Assembly: GCA_038230375.1 (NCBI GenBank)
Contig: JBBRNJ010000046.1
Span: forward strand, 1-64,000
Reading direction: 5' to 3'
DNA length: 64,000 nucleotides
From: Polyangiales bacterium
GTDB taxonomy: Bacteria; Myxococcota_A; Polyangia; Polyangiales; Polyangiaceae
This document shows, in pieces, positions 19,190 to 28,274 of the stretch (the stretch's first letter is position 1; every line of letters begins with the position of its first letter). The notes beneath the pieces were generated by a model, which was not told the origin of the DNA, ran no database searches, and was given only the letters and a program-made list of their open reading frames with translations. The position numbers and the translations under genes were made by a program.

Positions 19190-20443
19190 TCAGTTCTGCG
19201 GCTTCGGGTCCGCCGGACCGGAGCGCAGCGCGCCGGGCACGAGCACGATGTCGGAGGCATCCGCGGGATCGCCCACGAAGCTCCGCATCTCTGCCTGATA
19301 GCGCCCGTTGAGCAGGCCCCCGACCATGAGGCGTGAGCCTGGAGCGACCCACGCGACCATCGTGCCGTCGAGCCAGAGCACGCGGACCTCGTCGGTCGTG
19401 TTGACGATCAAGAGGCCGAGCGGCGTGGAAGGAGAATGCGGCGCATCGATCGGATTGGTGCGGAACGCACCCAGCTCCGCGACGGTGAGCAGCACCTGGC
19501 CATCACGCTTCGGAAGCGGCGCGCGAGAGAACTCCAGGCCAGACGCGGGCACCGAGAGCGACGCCGGCAAGATCTCCGCGCGCTTCGGCGGCGACGTCAT
19601 CTCCACAAGCAGACCGCCGCCACGCGACCAGCGGATCTCTGCGCGCGTGGGGAGCTCCCCCTCTGCACAGAGCGCCGTTTGCGGCGACGCGCCCATGAGC
19701 TCCAGCAAGAAGCGGCACGGCAGCTGCCAGCCGTCGAGTGGCTCCACGTTCTTCGCAAGCAGCACCTCGCTCTTCGCGCCGCGCGACACCGCGCGCACCT
19801 GCCGCGTCCGCATTCCCAACCTGCGCGGACCATCCGCGGCCACCTGCGTCACCTCCGCTGCTTGCGATGGGAGCACGTCCAGCCGCGCGTCCGACAAGAG
19901 CGCGCGCAGCGCCGTGGGCGCGACCACGCGATAGGTGCTCTCTTGCGGCAGCGTGACCACATGACCCGTGCGATCCGTCCGCGCGCGGAGCTCCGTGTCA
20001 CGCGGCAAGAGGAAGCCGCCACCGAGCGTCATGCGCATGCGGCCCGCGCCCAGCTCCACCGTGATCTCGCTCGTGGTCTTTTTCCGCGCGGCGTCGATCC
20101 CCTGCGCGTTCACCTCTGGCAGCTTCGGCGTGGCCGCGACATCCAGCGGCCGTAGCACCATCGTGTAGGTGAACCCGGCGATCGACTTCTCCGCCGTCTC
20201 GTCACGCAGCGGCTGATCCGCGCGCAGCGGCGTGGCGGGTGGGCCAGCGTCTAGCGCGTTGCTCTGGGCCTGCGCGCTTGCGATGGCGTTGACGAGCGGC
20301 GCGGGTACCGCCTGCGCCTGCGGGCTCTCCGCAGCATCTGGCAGCTCCTGATTCTGTTGCGGCGCCTTGCAGGCAGAGAGGAGCAGCGCGGCCGCAACGA
20401 GGCACGCGCCTCGGGAGCGTCGGGAGCGCCTGTCGCGCATCAC
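19190..20443 (-). CDS. Hypothetical lipoprotein
   Basis: Lipobox LSAC; overlaps the stop of the HAD gene. Confidence 0.7.
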   Translation of the reverse strand: MMRDRRSRRSRGACLVAAALLLSACKAPQQNQELPDAAESPQAQAVPAPLVNAIASAQAQSNALDAGPPATPLRADQPLRDETAEKSIAGFTYTMVLRPLDVAATPKLPEVNAQGIDAARKKTTSEITVELGAGRMRMTLGGGFLLPRDTELRARTDRTGHVVTLPQESTYRVVAPTALRALLSDARLDVLPSQAAEVTQVAADGPRRLGMRTRQVRAVSRGAKSEVLLAKNVEPLDGWQLPCRFLLELMGASPQTALCAEGELPTRAEIRWSRGGGLLVEMTSPPKRAEILPASLSVPASGLEFSRAPLPKRDGQVLLTVAELGAFRTNPIDAPHSPSTPLGLLIVNTTDEVRVLWLDGTMVAWVAPGSRLMVGGLLNGRYQAEMRSFVGDPADASDIVLVPGALRSGPADPKPQN

Positions 20444-21198
20444 GGCAGCGAGGCCGCGAAGTCCTTCACGGTCTTCACGTCGGAGCGCAGCGCGGGCGCG
20501 CCGGGCAGGTGCTGCGTGTCCATGAACACGTTCTCCGCGGTGGGCTGGGTCTCCGCGAAGATGTTGCAGTTGCCGGGCTCGTTGTCGAACGTGGCGATGA
20601 TCTCGCCGCGGCGTTCCAGGCGCGAGACCTCCATGCGCTTGAATGTCTCGTCGGGGATGCTGAACTCCGGCTTCAGCACGAGCTCCGCGCCAACGACGCC
20701 GATCGGGAAACCAAGGTCGCGGAGGCTGCGGAAGCTGCCCACGCCCATGAACGGGAGATCGCGCCCGGTGAAGTAGACCAGCATGGCTCCGCGCTCGTAA
20801 GCGGCGCGCGCAAACTCGACCGCGCCGGTGATGGCGACGTCGTGAGAGAGCGCGTCATCCGTGAAGAAGCGCTCCTTCCAGAACGTCTCTGCCTCGGCGA
20901 TGAGCTCCGACTCGGTGACGCCCAGGTTCGCGACGCTGTCCTTCACCAGGTATGCGAGCGAGTCGACGGTGGCCTTGGCGAGCGCCTCTGCGTGCTTCGG
21001 TGCGCGGATCTTCCACGACTGCCCGAGTGCCTTGAGGATGGCGAGGGTGCGCGGACGGTTGTCCATGAGCGTGCCGTCCAGGTCGAACACGATGACCGGC
21101 GGGCGCGAGCGGCTGTTGTCTTCGCTCCGCTCGAGGATGCGGCGAAAAAGGGCCTTCTGCTCGGGGGCGGGAAGCGAAACGTAGGTAGGGGCGCTCAT
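20440..21198 (-). CDS. HAD-superfamily hydrolase
   Basis: VFDLDGTL motif I, FTGR motif II, FDNEP motif IV. Confidence 0.88.
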   Translation of the reverse strand: MSAPTYVSLPAPEQKALFRRILERSEDNSRSRPPVIVFDLDGTLMDNRPRTLAILKALGQSWKIRAPKHAEALAKATVDSLAYLVKDSVANLGVTESELIAEAETFWKERFFTDDALSHDVAITGAVEFARAAYERGAMLVYFTGRDLPFMGVGSFRSLRDLGFPIGVVGAELVLKPEFSIPDETFKRMEVSRLERRGEIIATFDNEPGNCNIFAETQPTAENVFMDTQHLPGAPALRSDVKTVKDFAASLP

Positions 21199-21278
21199 GC
21201 GAGGAAGGCGCGGATACCACAGACCTCTGGCCTATGCTACGTGGTTGGGCCGAAGTCCCCATCGGGGGTCACGAGACG

Positions 21279-22394
21279 ATGGCAGACCGCGATCACTACG
21301 ACGTCCTGGGTGTGAGCCGTAACGCGACGGTAGAGGAGGTGAAGCTCGCCTTCCGCAAGCTCGCGATCCAGCACCACCCGGACAAGAACCCGGACGATCC
21401 CAAGGCCACGATCCGCTTCAAGGAGATCAACTCCTCCTACCAGGTGCTGTCCGATCCGCAGCGCCGCGCCATGTACGATCGCTTCGGTCACGGCGCAGAG
21501 GCGCAAGGCTCGCCGTTCGGTGCCACCGGCCCGTTCGCGGGCGGCGTGGTCGACATGAGCGACCTCAACATTGACGGCATCCTGGGCGATCTGCTCGGCG
21601 TGTTCGGCGTAGGTCGCGGCGACAAGGGTGACATCAAGCGTGACATGGAGATCACCTTCGAAGAGGCCGCGTTCGGCTGCGAGAAGGAGCTCCGCTACGA
21701 GCGCGTGGTCCCCTGCAAGCCGTGCGACGCGACCGGCAGCGAGAAGGGCCACCGCGCCGACACGTGCACCACGTGCAACGGTCGCGGACGCGTGCGCATG
21801 CAGCAGGGCCTCTTCCCCATTGCCGTGGAGCGCACGTGCTCGCGTTGCAAGGGCACGGGCAACATCATCACCCATCCATGCAGCGACTGTCGCGGCGCGG
21901 GTCTGGTGACGGGATCCAACACGCTCACCATCACGTTGCCCGAGGGCGTGGAGGACCACGCAACGAAGCTGGTCTCCGGCGGCGGCAATCGCACACGCGC
22001 GGGCCGCGCAGGCGATCTGGAGATCACGATCCGCGTGAAGCCCCACCCGTTCTTCCAGCGCAACGGCAACGACGTGCACGCGTCTGTGCCGATCACGTTC
22101 GCGCAGGCGGCGCTGGGCGGCGAGATCGACGTGCCCACGCTGGACGGCAAGGGCAAGGTCCGCGTCCCACCGGGAACGCAGCCGGGCGCGGTCCTCCGCC
22201 TCAAGGGAAAGGGCATCCCGCACCGCACCACGTCGGGCCGCGGCGATCAGCTCGTGCAGGTCTCGATCGAGGTCCCCACGCAGCTCACCGACAATCAGCG
22301 CGAGCTGATCGAGACGCTCGCAAAAGAGCTGGGCGAATCGGTACAGCCGCAGCAGCAGACGTTCATGGAGAAGCTAAAAGCCCTCTTCGGGTGA
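21279..22394 (+). CDS. dnaJ: Molecular chaperone DnaJ (type I)
   Basis: J-domain with HPD, G/F-rich region, four CxxCxGxG-type repeats, C-terminal substrate domain. Confidence 0.93.
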   Translation: MADRDHYDVLGVSRNATVEEVKLAFRKLAIQHHPDKNPDDPKATIRFKEINSSYQVLSDPQRRAMYDRFGHGAEAQGSPFGATGPFAGGVVDMSDLNIDGILGDLLGVFGVGRGDKGDIKRDMEITFEEAAFGCEKELRYERVVPCKPCDATGSEKGHRADTCTTCNGRGRVRMQQGLFPIAVERTCSRCKGTGNIITHPCSDCRGAGLVTGSNTLTITLPEGVEDHATKLVSGGGNRTRAGRAGDLEITIRVKPHPFFQRNGNDVHASVPITFAQAALGGEIDVPTLDGKGKVRVPPGTQPGAVLRLKGKGIPHRTTSGRGDQLVQVSIEVPTQLTDNQRELIETLAKELGESVQPQQQTFMEKLKALFG

Positions 22395-22465
22395 GTGCCT
22401 GGATCAACTGTGGCGTTCGAGCTGCGTGACCTCGCCGCATTCCACGCCATGATACGAGTGCGGGC

Positions 22466-23947
22466 ATGCGCGCTTCGCTCCTCATTTTCGGCCTTCCTGT
22501 CGTTCTGGCGTGCAGCCGTCCCGCGCCCTGCCCTTGCGTGTGTCCCACGACCCCTGCGACTGCTGCTCCGGTCGCGATTACTGGACGGCCCATCTGCCCT
22601 GCGCCCAGCGGAGACGAAAGACAGGAGCTCTTGAATGGCGCGTCGATGCACCTTGTATGCAAGGAAGTCTACGTCGAGCCGGTGATGGACGGGAACGAGC
22701 GTGAGAGCGTGATGCGGTGGTACGCGGACTCGCGCGACGAGCTCGGACGCCTCTTCGGTACGCACGACGCGCCCATGGTCCCGCTCATCGTGTGCAAGAC
22801 ACCCGAGTGCGCGACGAAGTTCGCTGGTCCCACGCGTCGCTCCCGCGTGGTGTCCGAGCCGCGGCGTGCCATCGTCATCGCGGGCCTGGGACGGCTCGCG
22901 AAGCCGACGTTCGTGCACGAGATGATCCACGTCGAGATCGCGCGCCGTACCGCAGGCCAGCCGCAGGTCCCCGCGTGGTTCAACGAAGGCGTTGCCACGT
23001 ATCTGAGCGACAACGTCATCTGCGACAACGTCAAGCCGTCGATCGACGATCTCCGCCGGCTGTCGCGCGGAAGCGCCTGGAACGGGTTCACCGAGCAGCC
23101 CTCGAAGATCGAGGGCGCCTATTGCCAGGCACGCGACGAGATCGGCGCCTGGGCGGCGACCCACGGACGCGAGCACATCATCCCGCTCATCGATGCGGTC
23201 GCCGCTGGGCGATCATTCGACGAACTCTACGGCGCAATGCTGACGAAGGGCGCGGCTCCGCTCGCAACCGAACGCGCGCTGGTCGCGAGCTTTGGCTTCG
23301 ACGAGAAGGACGGCGCCGACGCGCTCGACCACGCAACACATCCACACCACGCTGTGCTCCGTGACGGCGCCGGGCGCGCCGCAGGTCACAAGGGCATGGC
23401 CATCAGAGTGAAGGACGGCGCTCATGTGCGCGCCGATGGCTTCGACGAGTACGGCCTGCCCGATGCGCCGTTCACGCTCTCGATGTGGGTGAAGCCCGAT
23501 GCAAACGCGAAGGTGCTCGTACACACGTCACGGCCGATCGAGGGCGCGGGGGGCTGGTGCCAGTCAGTGCTCGGCTTTGACGCTGGCGGACACCTGGTCG
23601 CGCAGACGCCGTTCGCGCCGGAGCCGAAGGCTTTCCTTACCGCGACCGGGCCGGCGCTAGATCTCGACAAGTGGAGCCACGTGGCGGTGGAGTGGAGTGA
23701 GGCGGACGGTCTGCGGCTCTACGTGAACGGAAAGCTGGCCGCGGACGCGCAGCCAAGGTCAGCGCTGGAGCGCCATCGTGATGTGCCCGCATCGCCGATG
23801 TACCTGTTCTTCGGCAGCGACCATCGAGGGGAGTGCTGGACCTCCACGATCGAGCGCGGCGACTTCCGCGGCACGCTGGACGAGGTGCGCGTCTACTCCT
23901 ACGCATTGACGCCCGCCGAGATCGCGGAAGACATGAAGCGGAACTGA
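22466..23947 (+). CDS. Lipoprotein with gluzincin-like peptidase domain and LamG/ConA-like domain
   Basis: FVHEMIH plus PAWFNEGVA; FTLSMWVKP, WSHVA, LYVNG, GTLDEVRVY..AL. Confidence 0.8.
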   Translation: MRASLLIFGLPVVLACSRPAPCPCVCPTTPATAAPVAITGRPICPAPSGDERQELLNGASMHLVCKEVYVEPVMDGNERESVMRWYADSRDELGRLFGTHDAPMVPLIVCKTPECATKFAGPTRRSRVVSEPRRAIVIAGLGRLAKPTFVHEMIHVEIARRTAGQPQVPAWFNEGVATYLSDNVICDNVKPSIDDLRRLSRGSAWNGFTEQPSKIEGAYCQARDEIGAWAATHGREHIIPLIDAVAAGRSFDELYGAMLTKGAAPLATERALVASFGFDEKDGADALDHATHPHHAVLRDGAGRAAGHKGMAIRVKDGAHVRADGFDEYGLPDAPFTLSMWVKPDANAKVLVHTSRPIEGAGGWCQSVLGFDAGGHLVAQTPFAPEPKAFLTATGPALDLDKWSHVAVEWSEADGLRLYVNGKLAADAQPRSALERHRDVPASPMYLFFGSDHRGECWTSTIERGDFRGTLDEVRVYSYALTPAEIAEDMKRN

Positions 23948-23959
23948 CGCTGCGCACCG

Positions 23960-24697
23960 CTACGTTCGCGCCTTCGTCTCCGCGATCCGCGCCGCGAGAA
24001 GCTTGCGCACGAGCGCGGCCGGCAGGGGACGCGCGGGCTCGAAGTGAAGCGCGGACTTGGTCGTGTCGTATCGCGCGAGCTCCTTCGATAGCGTGGAGAG
24101 CGTGGTTCCGCTGAACGGAAAGTACGAGCAACCCTTCGACGTCGCGAGGAACCCAGCCACGACATGGCCGCCGGATCGAAACGCCGGCATCGCGTAGCTG
24201 ATGCACTCCTCGGCATCGGGAAGGACCCCGCGAATCGTGCGGCGAAGCCTCTGCAGCGCTGCGCGCCGGTCCGGTCGAACCGAGGCAAGGTACTGGTCGA
24301 TCGTCTGCGGCCTGGTCGCGGACTTCTTCGCGGACGCCGACTTCTTCGCGGACGCCGACTTCTTCGCGGACGCCGACCTCTTCGCGGACGCCGACTTCTT
24401 CGCGGACGCCGACCTTGTTGCCGGGCTGATGCGTTGGTCGAGCCAGACCGTCACGCGGTCACCAGCCTCTTTGTCGACCGCGGCGCGGATGGCGGCGCTG
24501 ATGGGCAGCTTGTGGGTGCCGTCTCCCAGCGCCATGAACGACGACCGGAATGCATACCCATCCACGGTGCCCGTGACCTTCACCAGACCACGCGTGCCGA
24601 AGTACGCTGCGGAGCCCGGCATGATCACGTAGGTCCACCCTCCCTTTGCGCTGCTCTTCTGCACCGTCGCCTTGAACGTCCTGTCCAGCTTGATCAT
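23960..24697 (-). CDS. DUF1905-like plus YdhG/DUF1801-like fusion with a Lys-rich repeat linker
   Basis: [33 protein letters not shown]; then IDQYL..L..LR..I..EE.ISY.MP.F. Confidence 0.8.
   Translation of the reverse strand: MIKLDRTFKATVQKSSAKGGWTYVIMPGSAAYFGTRGLVKVTGTVDGYAFRSSFMALGDGTHKLPISAAIRAAVDKEAGDRVTVWLDQRISPATRSASAKKSASAKRSASAKKSASAKKSASAKKSATRPQTIDQYLASVRPDRRAALQRLRRTIRGVLPDAEECISYAMPAFRSGGHVVAGFLATSKGCSYFPFSGTTLSTLSKELARYDTTKSALHFEPARPLPAALVRKLLAARIAETKART
24321..24410. repeat. Coding 18-bp tandem repeat, 5 copies (SASAKK)
   Basis: Unit GACTTCTTCGCGGACGCC, with one T>C variant in copy 4. Confidence 0.95.
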
Positions 24698-25356
24698 CGT
24701 TTCATCCTCCTTCGCCCCTTGTCCATTCGCGTCCGACCGGTCTTCAGCGTTGCTGGTTTGAACAGCAGCTCGATATAGCGACGGAGGTGGTCGACGCTGT
24801 CGATCGCGACCGCCGCATCGCCCTTTGCCTTCGCAAGGACGAACGCGCCCTGGAGCACTGCTTGCGTGTGGAGAGCCAGGCTGGACGCCGACCACGCACC
24901 CGCGATTCCGTACTTCCGCTTCGCGGCGGCGATGTCTGCCTCGAGCGTCTGCGCGTGCTCGCTGATCGACGCATCACACGCAGCGCGGATCGCTGGGCTC
25001 GACTCCCACGTATCCTGGACCATCGTACCCGCGACACACGTGAAGTCCGCGATCGCACCACGCAGCAACGCGCGCCGCAGATCGATATACGCGAGCACCC
25101 GGTCGAGCGGGTCCGACGCAGCGTGGTACTGCGCGCGCGCGAACAGGGCGCCCGTGGTCAGCGACCAGTGCTCGGCCGCCGCCACACCGAACGCCTCCTT
25201 GCTCACGAAGTGGTGGAAGAAGGCGCCCTTGGTGACGCGTGCGTCATCACAGAGTTCGTCCACCGTGGTGGCGGTGAAGCCATGCGTGCGGATAAGGCGC
25301 ATGCCTGCGGACAGGAGCTTCGCGCGAGCGTCGGAGGATGCTGCCGTGATGGCCAC
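24694..25356 (-). CDS. TetR/AcrR family regulator (NemR-like)
   Basis: [25 protein letters not shown] helix-turn-helix; ATGA overlap with the downstream gene. Confidence 0.92.
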   Translation of the reverse strand: MAITAASSDARAKLLSAGMRLIRTHGFTATTVDELCDDARVTKGAFFHHFVSKEAFGVAAAEHWSLTTGALFARAQYHAASDPLDRVLAYIDLRRALLRGAIADFTCVAGTMVQDTWESSPAIRAACDASISEHAQTLEADIAAAKRKYGIAGAWSASSLALHTQAVLQGAFVLAKAKGDAAVAIDSVDHLRRYIELLFKPATLKTGRTRMDKGRRRMKR

Positions 25357-25363
25357 CCCAGCA

Positions 25364-25385
25364 ACATACCAACTAGTTGGTATGT
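25364..25385. promoter_or_regulatory. Perfect 22-bp palindrome, probable TetR operator
   Basis: ACATACCAACT-AGTTGGTATGT, 7 bp upstream of the TetR start; AT-rich in a GC-rich background. Confidence 0.75.
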
Positions 25386-25567
25386 ATGCACGCCGGCAGG
25401 AATTGCGCGCGTTCCCTCATCCGCTCGCCGGCTCAGAAGAGCGACGATCACTCGCCCCCATCTCGCTGCTCCAACCGTCCGCGTATTCCGGAGAAGGGAC
25501 TAGGCAGGCACCTGGGAGCGATCCGCGGCTTCCATCGGTGTTCCCGGCGCGCGTCTCCTTCCGGCAC

Positions 25568-25595
25568 TTGACGTCTCACAGTCCATGTCTATATT
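25568..25595 (+). promoter_or_regulatory. Possible sigma70 promoter of the transposase
   Basis: TTGACG-N16-TATATT, 15 bp upstream of ATG 25611. Confidence 0.45.
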
Positions 25596-25610
25596 AGTGC
25601 TGAATTCAAG

Positions 25611-26342
25611 ATGGCGCCGCGTCCCGTGAAACCTGCCGGAAACCTGCGCGCTGCCCAGCTCGCTCTCCCCCTTCCCTGTGGGCACGGTGGCGCCCGTGCG
25701 GGGGCGGGCCGCAAGCCGCACTTCGGCCGTGCGCGACACGTTCCGCATGTTGCTCGCCCGCGTCATGCGCGCGGGTGCCCTCTGCATGTGACGCTCCGGT
25801 GTGCTCCTCAGCTGCCCGGGCTTCGCAGCCAGATTGTCGTCGCGGCGCTCGAGGCGTCGCTTGAGCAGGCGTCGAGTCCGAGCTTCCGGGTGATTCACTA
25901 CAGCGTCCAGCACGATCATCTTCACCTCGTCGTGGAGGCCGCGGACCGGACGAGCCTTTCCCGCGGCATGCAGGGCCTGGCGATTCGCCTCGCGCGATCC
26001 GTCAATCGAGTCGCACGCCGCCGCGGAAAAGTGTGGGCGGATCGCTTTCACGCGCACGAGCTGCGCTCACCGCGTGAGGTCCGAGCAGCGATCGTCTACG
26101 TGCTGATGAACCACAAGAAGCACGCGCGCTCGCACGGCGGGCCCGCGGCGCTCGATGCGTTCTCGTCCGCAGCCTGGTTCGACGGCTTCACGGCCCGAGC
26201 GAGCCCGCTGGTCGTGCGCTTGCGAAACGGGTTACCCACACGTGCGCTGCCGATCGCGCGCCCGCGCACGTGGCTCGCGCGAAAGGGCTGGAGGCGGCGC
26301 GGCCTGATCGATCCGGGCGAGCGCCCCGCAGGCCCTCTTTGA
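25611..26342 (+). mobile_element. Y1/HUH tyrosine transposase (RAYT / IS200-like)
   Basis: LHVTLR strand, HUH motif in QHDHLHL, VWADRFH, catalytic-Tyr helix YVLMNH, D.FSS motif; N-terminal HGGARAGAGRKP. Confidence 0.8.
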
Positions 26343-26347
26343 GGGCC
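26331..26347. terminator. Hairpin over the transposase stop codon (terminator or Y1 end structure)
   Basis: GGCCCTC-TTT-GAGGGCC between convergent genes; no U-tract follows. Confidence 0.4.
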
Positions 26348-26352
26348 GAGCC

Positions 26353-27711
26353 TCACGGCAGGCGAAGATCTCCCGCTGGTCCAAGTACTGAGTCTTGGTG
26401 CAATGCCCACTTCACCTTCGCCAGGTCGACGACGGGGAACGTGCCGGCGGAGACGTCCCAGCCGTCCGGCCAGCCGGGGGCGCGGCCGACCACGAGTGGA
26501 CCTTCGCAGGTCGCGGCGCCGCGCTGGTCCACGCTGCACGCGTATGCCGTCTCGAACGTTCCGCCCGGGTTCGTGGAGCCCTGCCAGTAGACGTCGGTGC
26601 GAGCGATGCGCACGACGAGGACCTCGCGGCCCAGGCTCGCGGTGAGGAGCTTTGCATCGACGAACGCAGAGCGCGACGCGTGACCGCATCCCGGATCGCC
26701 GTGGTAGAACGACGCGAGCAGGACGTTCGTGACGCTCACGCCCTTGTCGGTCTCGAGCACGAGGCGCAGCTTCTCCTCCTCGGCGTCATTCAACGCGACG
26801 AAGCGACCGCCCTTGAACGGCCCCTTGCGCACCGCGAGCGCGACGGCGGCGGGCGGCGGATCGGCAAGCGGATGACAGTGCGGATGCCCTATTTTTCCCG
26901 GGTATCGGTCGCCTGGAAACGCGGCGTCGATCAGCGGGGTCACGGCTTTGTCCCATGCGACGCACAGCTCTTCGACGGTGAGGAACGGGCCTGCGGGGCC
27001 CTCGCCGCGGGTCGCGACGTGCACCTTCACTCCATCAAGCTCCCCGATGGCCATGGCGGGCACGTGGGCCGGGTTCTCAGGTGCGCCGTTCGCGAATCCC
27101 AAGACCCGAAACTCGGAGACGGCGAGCTCCTGCCACTTCTTCTCCGTTCCCGGCAGCGTGGCGAGCACGTCGAGTCGGAAGTCGCCGCCCTCTTCATCCA
27201 CGTCGATCGCCTGGAGCGTGCGCACCTCCGGATCGAGCGCGGCCTCGGCGACGACCTTGTCTCCGCGTGAAAGGCGAACCCGCGTGATGCGATGGTTCTT
27301 CGTGAAGAGATCGCCTGCGGGCGAGACCTTGTCGAACCCCGCCGTGAGCTCTACGCGCTTCACGCGCGTGACCGCTGGCGTCCGGAACGCGATGTAGCCG
27401 TGAAGATCGCCGGTCTTGCTGTTCCACGCGGTGGACGCCTTCCCATCGACAAGGTGCTCCGGGAAGTCCTTGGGGTTGTCGACCTTCGAAGACAGCGCGA
27501 CGACGCACGGCACGCTGTGCAAGAGGTCGATGAGCGCGGGCGGTGGCGGCGACGTGATCGACGCATCCAGGCTCGCCACGGCCTGCGGAGAAGCGGAGGC
27601 AGAAGTGGCGGCAGGCACAGGCGTAGCCACTGCCACTCTGTCGCCGTGACACCCCCACATGACGGCTGCGACGAACGTCGCCACGAGCGCGTTTTTCGCG
27701 TCAGTTCTCAC
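26353..27711 (-). CDS. Lipoprotein with discoidin/NADase-type glycan-binding-like domain
   Basis: Lipobox MWGC; HLVDG..STAW, GFDK....F..N.RI, LAVSE. Confidence 0.65.
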   Translation of the reverse strand: MRTDAKNALVATFVAAVMWGCHGDRVAVATPVPAATSASASPQAVASLDASITSPPPPALIDLLHSVPCVVALSSKVDNPKDFPEHLVDGKASTAWNSKTGDLHGYIAFRTPAVTRVKRVELTAGFDKVSPAGDLFTKNHRITRVRLSRGDKVVAEAALDPEVRTLQAIDVDEEGGDFRLDVLATLPGTEKKWQELAVSEFRVLGFANGAPENPAHVPAMAIGELDGVKVHVATRGEGPAGPFLTVEELCVAWDKAVTPLIDAAFPGDRYPGKIGHPHCHPLADPPPAAVALAVRKGPFKGGRFVALNDAEEEKLRLVLETDKGVSVTNVLLASFYHGDPGCGHASRSAFVDAKLLTASLGREVLVVRIARTDVYWQGSTNPGGTFETAYACSVDQRGAATCEGPLVVGRAPGWPDGWDVSAGTFPVVDLAKVKWALHQDSVLGPAGDLRLP

Positions 27712-27774
27712 GAAGGGAGAATAACGCCTCGACGCGGCGCGAGCTTCCCTGAATGGTCACTCGACGCGAACGGG

Positions 27775-28197
27775 CTATGGGCTCGAACCAGGCGGCGGGC
27801 ACGAGGTGCCGGTTCCCTTGCATGCGTTCTTCCCTGCGCAGTTTCCCGCGCCGCTGCACGCATTGACGGCGCAGCCGCTCTGACCTTTGCAGTCGTTCTT
27901 GCCCGCGCAGCAGCTCTTCGGGGTGGGCTGTCGACGCGCGCTCCTCGGTCGCTTCGACGTCGGGGCGGACGACGGTGCGCCCGCCGCGACCGCCGCCTGC
28001 GCGTCTGGGGGGGTCGGTGGCGGCGAGGCCAACAGGGGGCGCGCCTCGTGAGCGCTGGCGGAGGGCGCAGCAACCACGACCATGGGCGCAAGGATGGGCG
28101 CAAAAACCACGGGCGGGGCCTCGGCCTGACACGCGGCCCCCATCACGGCCGCCAGCATTCCAAGCTTGATCGCGCGCACGAGCCTGACTTCGTCCAT
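27775..28197 (-). CDS. Small exported protein with a tandem CxGxNxCKG motif (BufA2-like)
   Basis: Lipobox GAAC, Pro/Ala linker, CCAGKNDCKGQSGC..CAGKNACKGTGTSC; alternative start at 28278 would couple it to the hrpA stop. Confidence 0.65.
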   Translation of the reverse strand: MDEVRLVRAIKLGMLAAVMGAACQAEAPPVVFAPILAPMVVVAAPSASAHEARPLLASPPPTPPDAQAAVAAGAPSSAPTSKRPRSARRQPTPKSCCAGKNDCKGQSGCAVNACSGAGNCAGKNACKGTGTSCPPPGSSP

Positions 28198-28274
28198 GGT
28201 TGGTGGACCCTCCGTGGCCCTGCCCCCTTGGGAGAAAGATGCTCCTTTTTCGGGGCCAGATCGAGCGTTGTCGT

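Noticed and set aside
24321..24410. Possible CRISPR array
   Set aside because: Contiguous 18-bp units with no spacers, in frame within a CDS, and no cas genes
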